This document shows positions 1-9,651 of a stretch of DNA of 64,000 bases, one piece after another. Numbering within the stretch: the first letter of the stretch is position 1; each line of letters opens with the position of its first letter. The translations under genes were made by a program, and so were the position numbers. The stretch comes from an uncultured bacterium (lineage in GTDB: Bacteria > SAR324 > NAC60-12): positions 23,113-87,112 of the forward strand of contig CBFIGY010000012.1 of NCBI GenBank assembly GCA_965662235.1, written 5' to 3'. The notes under the pieces were generated by a model. The model was not told the origin of the DNA, did not search any database, and worked only from the letters and a program-made list of their open reading frames with translations.

Positions 1-2
1 GG

Positions 3-827
3 GCGATGGTCCGGAACCTCAAGGACAACGGCCGGTGCTCCCTGGCATCGGTTGGAACCTGGTCCAGCCGTTTTGCAGAAGGAGCACGGGTGACGCTGCA
101 CACCGATGAACAGGACTACCGCGGGACCATCTTGCCGCTGCTGGCGTCAGGACACGCCTACAACGAAAAGGTGGACCAGCAGCCCGTCAACTGGGATCAG
201 GTGGAGCTGCGCATCGACGAGCCCTGCCTCAACCGATCCCACCTAGAAGCACTGGGCGTGCAGCCCGGAGACTTTGTTTCGGTGGATACCGGGACCGAGG
301 TGCTGGAGAACGGGTTCATCTTCTCAAGGCACCTGGACGACAAGGCGGGTGTGGCCGCGTTGCTGAATGCACTCCGGCTGTTGGTTGAGGCGCAGGTGGA
401 GCTTCCGTGCAACACGGACCTCATCCTCACCGTCCGGGAGGAACTGGGCGACGGCGGCTCAGCGGTGCTGACTTCGGATGTCTGGGAGCTGGTGACCATT
501 GACAACGGCGTGCAGGCGGCGACTCAGCACTCCCGGGAGTTTGGCGTCACCCTCGCGGCTGGTGACAAGACGGGGCCGTTTGACCGGAACCTCGTCCGGC
601 ACCTGACGCAGCTCTGTGTCGAGCACAACCTCCAGCATCAGCGGGACCTGTTCCGGCACTACCGTTCCGACCTTGCTGCGGCTGTGGAGGCCGGTTTCGA
701 CGTCCGTACCGCCTTGATTGCCATTGGGCTTGATGGCAGCCACGGCCACGAGCGCACGCACCTGGATGCCCTCCGGACGGCTTCGGAGCTGGCGCGACTC
801 TACCTCCTTTCCCCTCTTCTGGACTGA
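3..827 (+). CDS. M42 family metallopeptidase (resembles NAGGN-system M42 peptidase), 5'-truncated by window edge
   Basis: Motifs HLDDKAG, VREELG, IDNG and GSHGHERTH; frame is open to the window start. Confidence 0.8.
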   Translation, partial: AMVRNLKDNGRCSLASVGTWSSRFAEGARVTLHTDEQDYRGTILPLLASGHAYNEKVDQQPVNWDQVELRIDEPCLNRSHLEALGVQPGDFVSVDTGTEVLENGFIFSRHLDDKAGVAALLNALRLLVEAQVELPCNTDLILTVREELGDGGSAVLTSDVWELVTIDNGVQAATQHSREFGVTLAAGDKTGPFDRNLVRHLTQLCVEHNLQHQRDLFRHYRSDLAAAVEAGFDVRTALIAIGLDGSHGHERTHLDALRTASELARLYLLSPLLD

Positions 828-830
828 ACC

Positions 831-2066
831 GTGACCCTACGCATCAATGGAAACCGCCTCTGGGAAAGCCTGGTGACTCTGGCCGAAATCGGAGGCACTC
901 CGCAAGGAGGCGTGTCTCGTGTGGCACTGAGTGAGGAAGACCGTCGGGCCCGGGACCTGCTGCGTGAGTGGGCGGCTTCGTCCATTGATGAAACCCACAT
1001 TGATGAGGCCGGGAACATCTTCCTGATCCGTTCTGGCAACGAGCCTCAGGCGCCGTTGCTGCTGACCGGCAGCCACTTGGATACGCAGCTTCACGGCGGT
1101 CGCTTTGATGGCGCTTATGGCGTGATGGCCGGGCTGGAGGTGCTCCGGACGCTGGCTGAGCAGCAGCAGCGACTTCCGTATGGCGTGGCGCTTGTGTGCT
1201 GGACCAATGAGGAGGAAGCCCGCTACTGTCCGGCGATGGGCTCTGCCGTGTTTGTGGGCAAGCAGACCCCTGAATCGGCATGGGCCTGTGTTGGCAATGA
1301 CGGCAGCGTGTTTGGCGAGCGCCTGCGTCAGATCGGCTATGCCGGGACGTCCCGGACGTTGCCGCTGCAGGCGTACTTTGAGGTCCACATTGAACAGGGA
1401 CCCGTGCTGGAGCAGGAGTCGCTTTCTATCGGAGTGGTGGAAGGCGCACAGGGGCAGATCGCCTTTGACGTGCTCATCCGCGGTGAAGCCGGGCACTCCG
1501 GAACCGTTCCCATGCGGCTTCGACACGATGCCATGGCCTGTGCCACAGAAGCCATCCAGGCCTGCCATCAGCTCGTGCTGGCTGAGGGAAAGGGCGTGTT
1601 CACCGTGGGAGCCTTTGCGCTGGAACCAAACTCGCGGACCACCATTCCCGGCGAGGTGTGCTTTGGTGTGGATCTGCGGCACCCGGAGGCGGCTCAGCTC
1701 GTGACACTTCGGCAGCAGCTGGAAGCACAGGTCCGAACGATCGCCGCAGCGCACGGTTGCTCCTTGGAGGTGAACCCGCTGTTTCACAAGGAGCCTGTGG
1801 TGTTTCATGCCGACTGCATCACGTCTGTTCAGGCGGCCACCGAACAGCTGGGGTACCCCTTCCGGCGGATGGCGTCTGGGGCGTTCCACGACGCGTGCCT
1901 GCTGGCAGAAGTCACCCCGACCGGAATGATCTTTGTTCCCAGTCAGCAGGGAATCAGTCATAATCCCTTGGAGTATACCGCTCCGGAGGAACTGGAGCGT
2001 GGCGCGAATGTTCTCCTGCACGCCCTTTTGCGGCATGCTGAAACCCCTTTAAGGCACAATGGCTGA
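831..2066 (+). CDS. M20 Zn-dependent amidohydrolase (N-carbamoyl-amino acid/allantoate amidohydrolase family)
   Basis: GSHLDT, GGRFDGAYGV, NEE, EVHIEQGPVLE, SGAFHDA and GISHNPLE motifs. Confidence 0.9.
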   Translation: MTLRINGNRLWESLVTLAEIGGTPQGGVSRVALSEEDRRARDLLREWAASSIDETHIDEAGNIFLIRSGNEPQAPLLLTGSHLDTQLHGGRFDGAYGVMAGLEVLRTLAEQQQRLPYGVALVCWTNEEEARYCPAMGSAVFVGKQTPESAWACVGNDGSVFGERLRQIGYAGTSRTLPLQAYFEVHIEQGPVLEQESLSIGVVEGAQGQIAFDVLIRGEAGHSGTVPMRLRHDAMACATEAIQACHQLVLAEGKGVFTVGAFALEPNSRTTIPGEVCFGVDLRHPEAAQLVTLRQQLEAQVRTIAAAHGCSLEVNPLFHKEPVVFHADCITSVQAATEQLGYPFRRMASGAFHDACLLAEVTPTGMIFVPSQQGISHNPLEYTAPEELERGANVLLHALLRHAETPLRHNG

Positions 2067-2796
2067 CGAGCACCCCCGTCCCACCCGCAAACGTTCGGAT
2101 GTGGTCGCGGAACAGATCAAGGAAGACATCATCAACAAACGCCTTCCTGCAGGGGAACGGCTTTTTGATGAGAAGGACTTTCTGAAGACCTATCGGGTGA
2201 GCAAGGGGACCATGCGGGAGGCGCTCAAGGCGCTGGAGGTGCAGGGGTTGGTGAACATCCGAACCGGACCCGGCGGGGGGGCTTCGGTGTCTCGGGTGAG
2301 TCCCGAAAAAGCCAACGAGCTGCTGTGGAACTATTTCTTCTCCCGGAACGTCTCGGTGGAGGACATCTACGCGATCCGCAAGGTCATTGAGCCTGAGCTG
2401 GCAGCTAGCGTGGCACAGCACCTGGAACCAGAGGACCTAGCGCATCTAGAGGAATGCGTGGGGCACTGTGCCATTGAAGGCTTTGAAGCAAGCGACCGGG
2501 CCCAGCGCATCCAGGAACTCGACTTCCACCTCGTCCTCGCCGATGCCTGCCCCAACCCCGTCCTCTCCTTCTTTGCCAAGTTCATCCTCAGCCTGCTGGC
2601 CCGCATCTTCATTCATGAGGAAATGGACTCTGATCCCAGCATCAGCGAGCAGCATCGCCAGCACGGGGTGGACTACCACCGGAACCTCTTGGAAGCCTTC
2701 CGGGCCCGGAACCCCGAGATGGCGCGGCAGGTGATGATTGAACACATGGAGTCCGCTGAGGCCTTCATGCTCCAGTGCAACGCCTCTGCTCACTGA
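2059..2796 (+). CDS. GntR/FadR family transcriptional regulator
   Basis: N-terminal wHTH (VSKGTMREALKALEVQGLV...GPGGGA) plus FCD domain (DFHLVLADACPNPVL); overlaps upstream gene by 8 nt. Confidence 0.9.
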   Translation: MADEHPRPTRKRSDVVAEQIKEDIINKRLPAGERLFDEKDFLKTYRVSKGTMREALKALEVQGLVNIRTGPGGGASVSRVSPEKANELLWNYFFSRNVSVEDIYAIRKVIEPELAASVAQHLEPEDLAHLEECVGHCAIEGFEASDRAQRIQELDFHLVLADACPNPVLSFFAKFILSLLARIFIHEEMDSDPSISEQHRQHGVDYHRNLLEAFRARNPEMARQVMIEHMESAEAFMLQCNASAH

Positions 2797-2948
2797 GTGG
2801 ATTTTCTCTGCTCGTGCCCCGAAAAATCCCCCGCTGACTGGCTCCGGACTTGCGAATTCGTGACGGAACTGCCAGAAAGTCTTGTCTTTACCACCATCTA
2901 AGCTATTTTGATTAGTTTGCAGATTCACCTCGGCTTGCAAAGGAAACC

Positions 2949-3701
2949 GTGCGCAACAAGCTGATTGCAGGAAATTGGAAGATGAACGGCTCGGCAGAGC
3001 TGGTACTGGAAATGTGTTCTGCCCTGTCCTCAGAATTGAAAGGCCTCCAGAGCGAGGTCCTGATGTGCCCGCCCTTCACGCTGCTCCGGAAGCTCCGGGA
3101 AGCGGCAGAGGGAACCGAAATTCGGGTGGGCGCCCAGAATGTTCACAGTCAGGTCAGTGGCGCCTACACGGGTGAAATTGCTGCCCCGATGCTTCAAGAC
3201 GCGGGAGCGACCTACTGTCTGGTGGGGCACTCGGAGCGCCGGAGTTACTTCGGTGAGACCGATGCCATTGTCCGTGACAAGGTGGCGGTGCTGCTGCAGC
3301 ACGCCATTCAACCGGTTGTCTGCGTGGGGGAAACCCTAGAGCAGCGTGAGCAGGGCACCCATGAGTCCACCGTGGCCCAGCAGCTCCGGGGAGCATTCTC
3401 AGAAATTGCTTCTGCCGACCAGCAACGCTGCGTCATTGCCTATGAGCCCGTGTGGGCCATTGGAACAGGAAAGACTGCCACGCCGGAGCAGGCCAACGCC
3501 ATGCACGCCTTCGTCCGTGAAGAAATGGGACGCCTGGCGAGTCCGGAAATTGCTGCAGGCCTCCGCATCCTCTATGGTGGCAGTGTCAACGCCAAGAATG
3601 CTGAGGAGCTGATGTCCCAGCCCGAAATTGACGGAGCCCTTGTGGGAGGCGCAAGCCTCAAGCCCGCCGACTTCCTGACAATCATTCAAGCGGGTGGTTA
3701 A
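2949..3701 (+). CDS. tpiA: Triosephosphate isomerase
   Basis: IAGNWKMN, GHSERR, AYEPVWAIGTG, YGGSV and LVGGASL; SD aagga before GTG. Confidence 0.98.
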   Translation: MRNKLIAGNWKMNGSAELVLEMCSALSSELKGLQSEVLMCPPFTLLRKLREAAEGTEIRVGAQNVHSQVSGAYTGEIAAPMLQDAGATYCLVGHSERRSYFGETDAIVRDKVAVLLQHAIQPVVCVGETLEQREQGTHESTVAQQLRGAFSEIASADQQRCVIAYEPVWAIGTGKTATPEQANAMHAFVREEMGRLASPEIAAGLRILYGGSVNAKNAEELMSQPEIDGALVGGASLKPADFLTIIQAGG

Positions 3702-3735
3702 CCGCGTCATTCCTTCACCCTAACCCTCAGGTTTC

Positions 3736-4146
3736 ATGTTCAGTATCCTCTTGATCATCCACGTAGCCGCTTGTCTGATGATCATCTTCTTTGTGCTTCT
3801 TCAGTCCGGACGTGGAGCTGAGTTGGGCGCGGCCTTCGGAAGCGCTGGTCAGGCAAACTCCGTACGCAGTCAGATGACCGGGGTTGCCAAGATCACCACC
3901 GGAGTGGCCATCGTCTTCATGCTCACCTCCCTCTCGCTGGCCTACCTCTCTTCAGAGGCTGCGAAGGATTCAGTGGTGACGACGACTCAGGAGGCACAGG
4001 TGATTCCGGGAACTGAGGCCCCCGTTGTGGAAACCCCCACGGAGCCTGCGGCTCAGCCGGGAACCATTGAACTGACTTCTGAGGAAGAGAAGCCCTCCGA
4101 TCTGCTGGAGCAGAAAGCAGCCCCACCGGTTCAGTCCCAACAGTAA
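3736..4146 (+). CDS. secG: Preprotein translocase subunit SecG
   Basis: Two TM segments around VLLQSGRGAELGAAFG; conserved tpiA-secG order. Confidence 0.93.
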   Translation: MFSILLIIHVAACLMIIFFVLLQSGRGAELGAAFGSAGQANSVRSQMTGVAKITTGVAIVFMLTSLSLAYLSSEAAKDSVVTTTQEAQVIPGTEAPVVETPTEPAAQPGTIELTSEEEKPSDLLEQKAAPPVQSQQ

Positions 4147-4156
4147 GCCTGAGCGC

Positions 4157-4669
4157 ATGAAGACGCTCTACCTCCTCCGCCATGCCAAATCCTCCTGGGA
4201 CCACCCGGAGGTGGCGGACTTCGACCGCGAACTCAACGCCCGAGGGGAGCAAGCCGCCCCTCGCATGGCGCAGGTCCTGGAGCACCTCCGTCCTGTCCCT
4301 GACTTCCTTCTGACCTCCACAGCTCGTCGAGCGCTGCAGACCGCAGAACGGGTGCGTGCGCACCTGAGCACTCCCCTGACGCAACACGAGGAAGCAGGCC
4401 TCTACCTAGCCTCTGACGCCACGCTTCTGCAGCACATTCAGCAGGTGCCGGCCTCTGCGCAAGGGTTGGTGGTGGTTGCCCACAACCCGGGCCTGGCTGA
4501 CCTCATCGAAGCCCTCTGCTTTGGACAAACCTTTGGGCATGTGGCCCTGAAGACCGCGGGTCTGGCGGTGCTGGACGTGACTGCCGATGGCTGGGAACAG
4601 GTGTTTCCGGGTTCGGCGACGCTGCGGGCGCTGCTGCCTTCTCGGCTGATGCACGACCTCCTTTCTTAA
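4157..4669 (+). CDS. sixA: Histidine phosphatase, SixA-like
   Basis: LLRHAKSSW, DFDRELN, STARRALQT and AHNPG motifs. Confidence 0.85.
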   Translation: MKTLYLLRHAKSSWDHPEVADFDRELNARGEQAAPRMAQVLEHLRPVPDFLLTSTARRALQTAERVRAHLSTPLTQHEEAGLYLASDATLLQHIQQVPASAQGLVVVAHNPGLADLIEALCFGQTFGHVALKTAGLAVLDVTADGWEQVFPGSATLRALLPSRLMHDLLS

Positions 4670-4711
4670 AGTCAGACCCTCTCTTTTCTCCTCTTCTCTC
4701 TGAAAGCTTTC

Positions 4712-5164
4712 ATGCGTGATGCGAAACACGATGTCCGGAGCGACTACCCGCACTTCCTGCAGATTCCCACACGTTGGATGGACAACGACGTCTATGGACA
4801 CGTCAACAACGTGGTGTACTATTCCTACTTTGACACAGTGGTGAACGAGAACCTGCTGCGCCGGTTGGGAAAGGACATCCGCACCCTTGAGGCAATTGGG
4901 GTGGTGGTGGAAACCGGGTGCCGCTACTACCAGGAGCTGAGCTTTCCTGAGGTGATTGATGCGGGGTTGCGGACCGTGAAGATAGGGCGCACCAGCGTGG
5001 TGTATGAAATTGCCCTCTTCCGTGAAGGAGAAGCGAATCCGGCAGCAACCGGACGCTTTGTGCACGTGTACGTGGATCAGGTCAATCGACGTCCCGTGGA
5101 GATTCCAGCCGAGCTGCGTGCGGTGATGGAGTCCATCTACGTTGAGGTCCCAGACGCGGGTTAG
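4712..5164 (+). CDS. Acyl-CoA thioesterase (4HBT/YbgC hotdog family)
   Basis: [17 protein letters not shown] motif. Confidence 0.9.
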   Translation: MRDAKHDVRSDYPHFLQIPTRWMDNDVYGHVNNVVYYSYFDTVVNENLLRRLGKDIRTLEAIGVVVETGCRYYQELSFPEVIDAGLRTVKIGRTSVVYEIALFREGEANPAATGRFVHVYVDQVNRRPVEIPAELRAVMESIYVEVPDAG

Positions 5165-6669
5165 ACCAGCACCAGGCCGGTTTCTTTTTCGTCCGTGAGC
5201 CCGGCCTGCACCAGAGCCCGAGCGGTTTCCTCAAGCCGACGGAAGTACACCTCCGGATGAGGCGTCACTAGGTCGGCGCCGGTTTTTCCCTCCCGAATGC
5301 GTTCCTGCACCACCGGTCCAACCTCCAGTACCTCATACACCGGCACCCGCCCTGAGTAGCCGGTGCCCTGACAGTGGGGGCATCCGACCGCCCGGTGGCG
5401 ATGCGGCGGGCAGCACCTTCGGACCAACCGTTGCGCGACCACTAGCAGCAGCGTCTCCGCCAGCAGGTCGTGACCGAGCCCCAGGTTTTCCAAACGCTGA
5501 AGTGCTGTGACCGCATTGTTGCTGTGCAGGGTCGACAGCACCAGGTGCCCCGTCAGGGCCGCCTTGAGGGCAATGCCAGCGGTTTCCTCATCTCGAATTT
5601 CTCCCACCAACAGCACATCCGGATCCTGACGCAGCGCAGCGCGAAGGGCTTCGGCAAACCCTAGGCCTGCCTCTGGATCCACCGAAACCTGTGTGATTCC
5701 CGGAATCTGATACTCCACTGGATTTTCAATAGTGAAGAGGTGCTTCTCCCGTGAGTGGATGGTCCGGAGGAGGGCATAGAGGGTGGTGGTCTTGCCACTT
5801 CCGGTGGGACCCACCAGGAGGATCAGCCCACTGGGCGCCTGTGCCGCCTGCTGAAGCACCGGGAGGTCGGCTTCCAGAAAACCAAGGGCGTCGAGTCGGT
5901 GCTGCACCGGCACTTGATCCAGCAGACGGAGGACGAGCTTTTCGCCCTGAAGGCTGGGCATGCTGGAGACCCGGACGTCCACCAGCCGTCCGCCCTGAGA
6001 GTGATGGACAAAGTGTCCATCCTGCGGGCGCCGCCGGACCGCGATGTCCATGCCGGAAAGAATCTTCACCCGAGAAGTCAGGGACGCCCGGAGGTCGGGT
6101 GGAATGAGGTGCTGGTCTCGGAGGTGTCCATCAATCCGGAGCCGGAGGGTTGCGCCTTCCGGAGTGGGATCGAGGTGCAAGTCGGAGCTGCGGAGCTCCA
6201 AGGCTTCTTCCAGCAGTTGCTCCAGCACGGGCTCGGCCTGGGCTTCCGCCCCATAGGCAACTCGGTCGTCCGGGGGCGTCAAGGCGTTCCCTTCCTGCAG
6301 ACCCAGGTACCACTTTAGAGGCGAGTTCAGGCAGCAGGTGGCCTGGGCCATGCCGTCCCAGCGACTTTCTAGGGTCAGGACCCCCAGCACCTGCGAGCCC
6401 GACTGGTACAAGCGGATGCCGAACTGGTGTTGAAGGTGCTCGCGGAGTGGCGCATCGGGGAAGGGCGGAAACGAGTGAGAGGCCGGAAGCAGCGGGAGGC
6501 CGTAGCGTCGAGAGGCCTGAGCCAGCACCGTGGGTTCCTCCAAAAGGTTGAGGCGCACCAGCTCCTGCGCAAGAGCCCAGTCCGGAAGGGCGTGCTCGGT
6601 CCGGAAGCGGTGGAGCACTTCGGAAGAAAGGATGCCGGCAGCAACAAGGTCGTCCAGCAGCGAAGGCAT
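5161..6669 (-). CDS. GspE/PilB family secretion/pilus assembly ATPase
   Basis: SDLHLDP, RRPQDG, Walker A GPTGSGKTT, IENPVEY, LRQDPDVLLVGEIRD, TGHLVLSTLH. Confidence 0.93.
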   Translation of the reverse strand: MPSLLDDLVAAGILSSEVLHRFRTEHALPDWALAQELVRLNLLEEPTVLAQASRRYGLPLLPASHSFPPFPDAPLREHLQHQFGIRLYQSGSQVLGVLTLESRWDGMAQATCCLNSPLKWYLGLQEGNALTPPDDRVAYGAEAQAEPVLEQLLEEALELRSSDLHLDPTPEGATLRLRIDGHLRDQHLIPPDLRASLTSRVKILSGMDIAVRRRPQDGHFVHHSQGGRLVDVRVSSMPSLQGEKLVLRLLDQVPVQHRLDALGFLEADLPVLQQAAQAPSGLILLVGPTGSGKTTTLYALLRTIHSREKHLFTIENPVEYQIPGITQVSVDPEAGLGFAEALRAALRQDPDVLLVGEIRDEETAGIALKAALTGHLVLSTLHSNNAVTALQRLENLGLGHDLLAETLLLVVAQRLVRRCCPPHRHRAVGCPHCQGTGYSGRVPVYEVLEVGPVVQERIREGKTGADLVTPHPEVYFRRLEETARALVQAGLTDEKETGLVLV

Positions 6670-6675
6670 AGCCGA

Positions 6676-7758
6676 TCAGGGGGTGAAGTCCGGGGGCGGT
6701 TTGCGAACATTGTTCTTGAACGCCGGTTCCGGAGGCGATGCAGGCGGGGCAGAAGCAGAGGCGGGAGGTGTGTCCTTGAAGGACTCATCGGATGAGAGCA
6801 CCGGGGCTGACTGGGTCCAGCGCTGAACGGAGTCTCGCACCAGTTCCAGCTGTGCCATGAGGGCGTCCCGTTGGGTTTTGTTGAGGCGGTCCCAGCCCTT
6901 GGTGATGCCGTCAAACACCTCCCGGAGGTGCCGACGTTGACTGAAGGAGCCTCCTTCTGGAAGCTGAGTGACGCTGGGGCGCAGGCGGCTCATGCGGAGC
7001 TTCTGCTCCCGGCTGCGCAGCTCGTTGTAGTTCCAGCGGAACACGGAGGCAATCCGTCGCAGCAGCTCATCGTCTGGGGCGACTTCCCCGGCCTCCAGCA
7101 GCTCATAGTAGTCGGGGCTGACCTCGAGCAGGAGCGAGACGCCGTCTATGGACTGGCCTAGGCCTTCTCGGGTTTGGCGCAGCAGGGTTCCGATTCCGGA
7201 GGTGGGGTGTTCCTCAAGTTCCGGAAGCTGCAGAGGCGCCGCTGGGGGCAGGCGTTCACGGAGCTCCTCAAAGGAAAGGGGCTTCTGGGGGCCGGTGAAG
7301 ACCATGGCGTTGTGCCGCCGAACCCGTTGACGGACCTGGTGAAAGTTCCAACGGTAGAGCGTGCAGAGCCGCTGCAGCAGTTCTTCCGGAACCGACTCCC
7401 CGGCTTCAAAGGACGCATACTGCTCCTCCGGAATGCCCATCAGGGTGGCAATGCCCAGAGGCGGTTGCCCGGCGTTTTCCCGTGCCTCCCGGAGCATCTT
7501 GGCAAGGCTCCACTGTTCTGAAGACGGTTCTTCCACGCGTTTGCGATGGGAAGGCGTTCGCTGTGCCAGCTGCTTGACCTCCTGATAGTTCCACTCAAAG
7601 AGCGCACACAGGCGTTCCAGAACGTCTTCTGGTGGAATCCAGTTCTCTTCCAGCCGTGCGTAGTCTTCCGGATCCATCTGCATCAGCAGCGCCAGCGCTT
7701 CCACGCTTTGACCGATGTTGAGGCGGAAGTCACGGATCATTTCATTGAGTTTGGCCAT
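6676..7758 (-). CDS. Protein with three tandem XRE-like helix-turn-helix domains
   Basis: Three ~60-aa repeats, each R-x2-R-x3-GQ...Y-x2-(L/F)E...P..L.R....(F/Y).WN(Y/F). Confidence 0.75.
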   Translation of the reverse strand: MAKLNEMIRDFRLNIGQSVEALALLMQMDPEDYARLEENWIPPEDVLERLCALFEWNYQEVKQLAQRTPSHRKRVEEPSSEQWSLAKMLREARENAGQPPLGIATLMGIPEEQYASFEAGESVPEELLQRLCTLYRWNFHQVRQRVRRHNAMVFTGPQKPLSFEELRERLPPAAPLQLPELEEHPTSGIGTLLRQTREGLGQSIDGVSLLLEVSPDYYELLEAGEVAPDDELLRRIASVFRWNYNELRSREQKLRMSRLRPSVTQLPEGGSFSQRRHLREVFDGITKGWDRLNKTQRDALMAQLELVRDSVQRWTQSAPVLSSDESFKDTPPASASAPPASPPEPAFKNNVRKPPPDFTP

Positions 7759-7848
7759 GGTTGGGCATGAGTCTTGGATTCAGAGCCTGTTGCCCCTTCC
7801 CCTTTGATCACCTGAACGCGGGAGACGGGCCTATTGGGATTCAAGGTT

Positions 7849-9003
7849 ATGAGATTAAAAGACTTCTTCAAAATTCTCTTTGCCTGCGGTAGCGGGCTCT
7901 GCTGGGCAGTTTCTGCAGGGGCCGAGACCAAGAATGCGGGATTGGGCCCAATTGAAATCCGTCCTCAGTTTCCACTGACCCAGGCGTACCTGGCGCTGTC
8001 TCCGGAAACAGCGGCCACGCTGCCGTCCGGAACCGTTCGTTATTCGTACAGTCTCGCCGTCGCCAATACCTTTGTCAACACACAAGGCGGGAGCAACCAG
8101 ATCACGCAGGAGACGGTGGACCGGGGCCTCACGACGGCTGATTTTGAAGACGATTCCGGCAACGTCGTTGCCGGGTTTGGCCTCTACCTGGACGTGGAGA
8201 GTCAGCGGCACACCCTGCGCTGGCGCCGTGGCATTGGACCCGCGTCGGAGTTGGGCTTTGAAGTGCCCTTTGTTTCCTTCAGTGGAGGAAGCATGGACAG
8301 TACCATTGAAGGCGTCCATGACATCATTGGCATCTCCAATGAAAAGAATGAAGGCGCGTACCGAGCTTTTTCTGACCGCAACCAGTACGCCCACTACATC
8401 ATCCGAGACGGCACCTTCGTCCAGAGCAATGAGACGCCCCTCAATCTGGTCCGTGCAGAACCTAGCTTTCACTGGAAGTGGATGCTGACAGAAGGGGGGG
8501 ACGTGATGCCGGCAATCAGCCTCAAGCTCTCCTACAAGGTGGGGGACTCGGATCGAAGCGGAAACCTGGGACTGGTCCGCAGCGGCGGCAGCGACTGGGC
8601 GCACCAGTGGCTGTTTGCCAAACGCTTTGATGGCTGGCTGGTGTACTTTGGAGACGGGCTGGTCCGGATTGGTGAGACCAACGGTCTGGCATCCTTCCAG
8701 AGCCACCGCTTCATGGCCATGGAGTACCGCTTCAACGACGGGTACTCCTTTCTCTTCCAGCAGGCCTCCCAGAGCAGCATCTTCCCAGAAACAGAAGCGA
8801 CGCTGCGTCTTTCAAACAGTGCAACGTCCGGAGGACAGGAACAGCGCAACGCCAGCCTGAGTGTGCCCAGCAGCGTCATCATGGTGGGGCAGAAGGTGGT
8901 CTGGGGCCGGCTCCACTGGGACCTCGCGATTGTGCAGGACTACAGCAACTTTGGCAATGAAGTGGACTTTGTCGTCTATTCGAACGTGGGGTTGCAATGG
9001 TGA
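7849..9003 (+). CDS. Secreted/outer-membrane protein, DUF3187-like
   Basis: Signal peptide, GPIEIRPQFPL start, GGSMDSTIEGVHDIIG motif, alternating beta-strand pattern, C-terminal W; start uncertain (7834 or 7849). Confidence 0.6.
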   Translation: MRLKDFFKILFACGSGLCWAVSAGAETKNAGLGPIEIRPQFPLTQAYLALSPETAATLPSGTVRYSYSLAVANTFVNTQGGSNQITQETVDRGLTTADFEDDSGNVVAGFGLYLDVESQRHTLRWRRGIGPASELGFEVPFVSFSGGSMDSTIEGVHDIIGISNEKNEGAYRAFSDRNQYAHYIIRDGTFVQSNETPLNLVRAEPSFHWKWMLTEGGDVMPAISLKLSYKVGDSDRSGNLGLVRSGGSDWAHQWLFAKRFDGWLVYFGDGLVRIGETNGLASFQSHRFMAMEYRFNDGYSFLFQQASQSSIFPETEATLRLSNSATSGGQEQRNASLSVPSSVIMVGQKVVWGRLHWDLAIVQDYSNFGNEVDFVVYSNVGLQW

Positions 9004-9644
9004 AGAAGTGGTGGGTGAGCCTGATGCTGGTGGTCACTGTTGCCGGAACCGCCTGGGCTGTGGATGAAACCTTTGTAACGATTTCGACTCAGTCCGGAAC
9101 CCAAGATACCTCGAAGCAGGCGCCGATTCTGGGAGAATCAGAGGGTTACATCCAGGCTCTGGAGCGCACCCAAGGTGCCCTGCAGTCGGACCGAACGGTG
9201 AGCCTGTCCGGAGTGTCGCTGGACTTCTACCGCGTCCATGGCCCATCAGCAGTCGGGTTTGAAGTGAAGCTGCAGCGCTATGAGAAGCAGTACCTGTTTG
9301 CTAACGGAGCAAACGTCAGCCTGAGCGTTCAGCAGTTCCTCTATGGCGTCAATGCCTACCACCGGGGCGGGTGGTGGTTCCCGTTCATTGGAATCGGCTC
9401 CGGAAGCGTCTACGGCAAGGTCAGTGAGTCGCTGGAGCTCGATGGCACCGCATACAGCGCAACGACCTTTGGTCAGGTGGCAAACCCCTACTTCTTCCAA
9501 TATGGAGTCCGCTTCCCCTTTGGCTCGTTTGGGCTCCTCCTGGTCCGTCAGCACCTTTCGGCAACCATGCAGGTTGAGACTGAAAAGACGCCGCTGGAAC
9601 TTGGAGGCGAGGCAACTCTCTTCGGGCTTTCCCTGATCTTCTGA
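8997..9644 (+). CDS. Putative small outer-membrane beta-barrel protein
   Basis: Signal peptide ending AWA, PFIGIGSG strand, C-terminal F; overlaps upstream gene. Confidence 0.6.
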   Translation: MVKKWWVSLMLVVTVAGTAWAVDETFVTISTQSGTQDTSKQAPILGESEGYIQALERTQGALQSDRTVSLSGVSLDFYRVHGPSAVGFEVKLQRYEKQYLFANGANVSLSVQQFLYGVNAYHRGGWWFPFIGIGSGSVYGKVSESLELDGTAYSATTFGQVANPYFFQYGVRFPFGSFGLLLVRQHLSATMQVETEKTPLELGGEATLFGLSLIF

Positions 9645-9651
9645 CGGGCGC

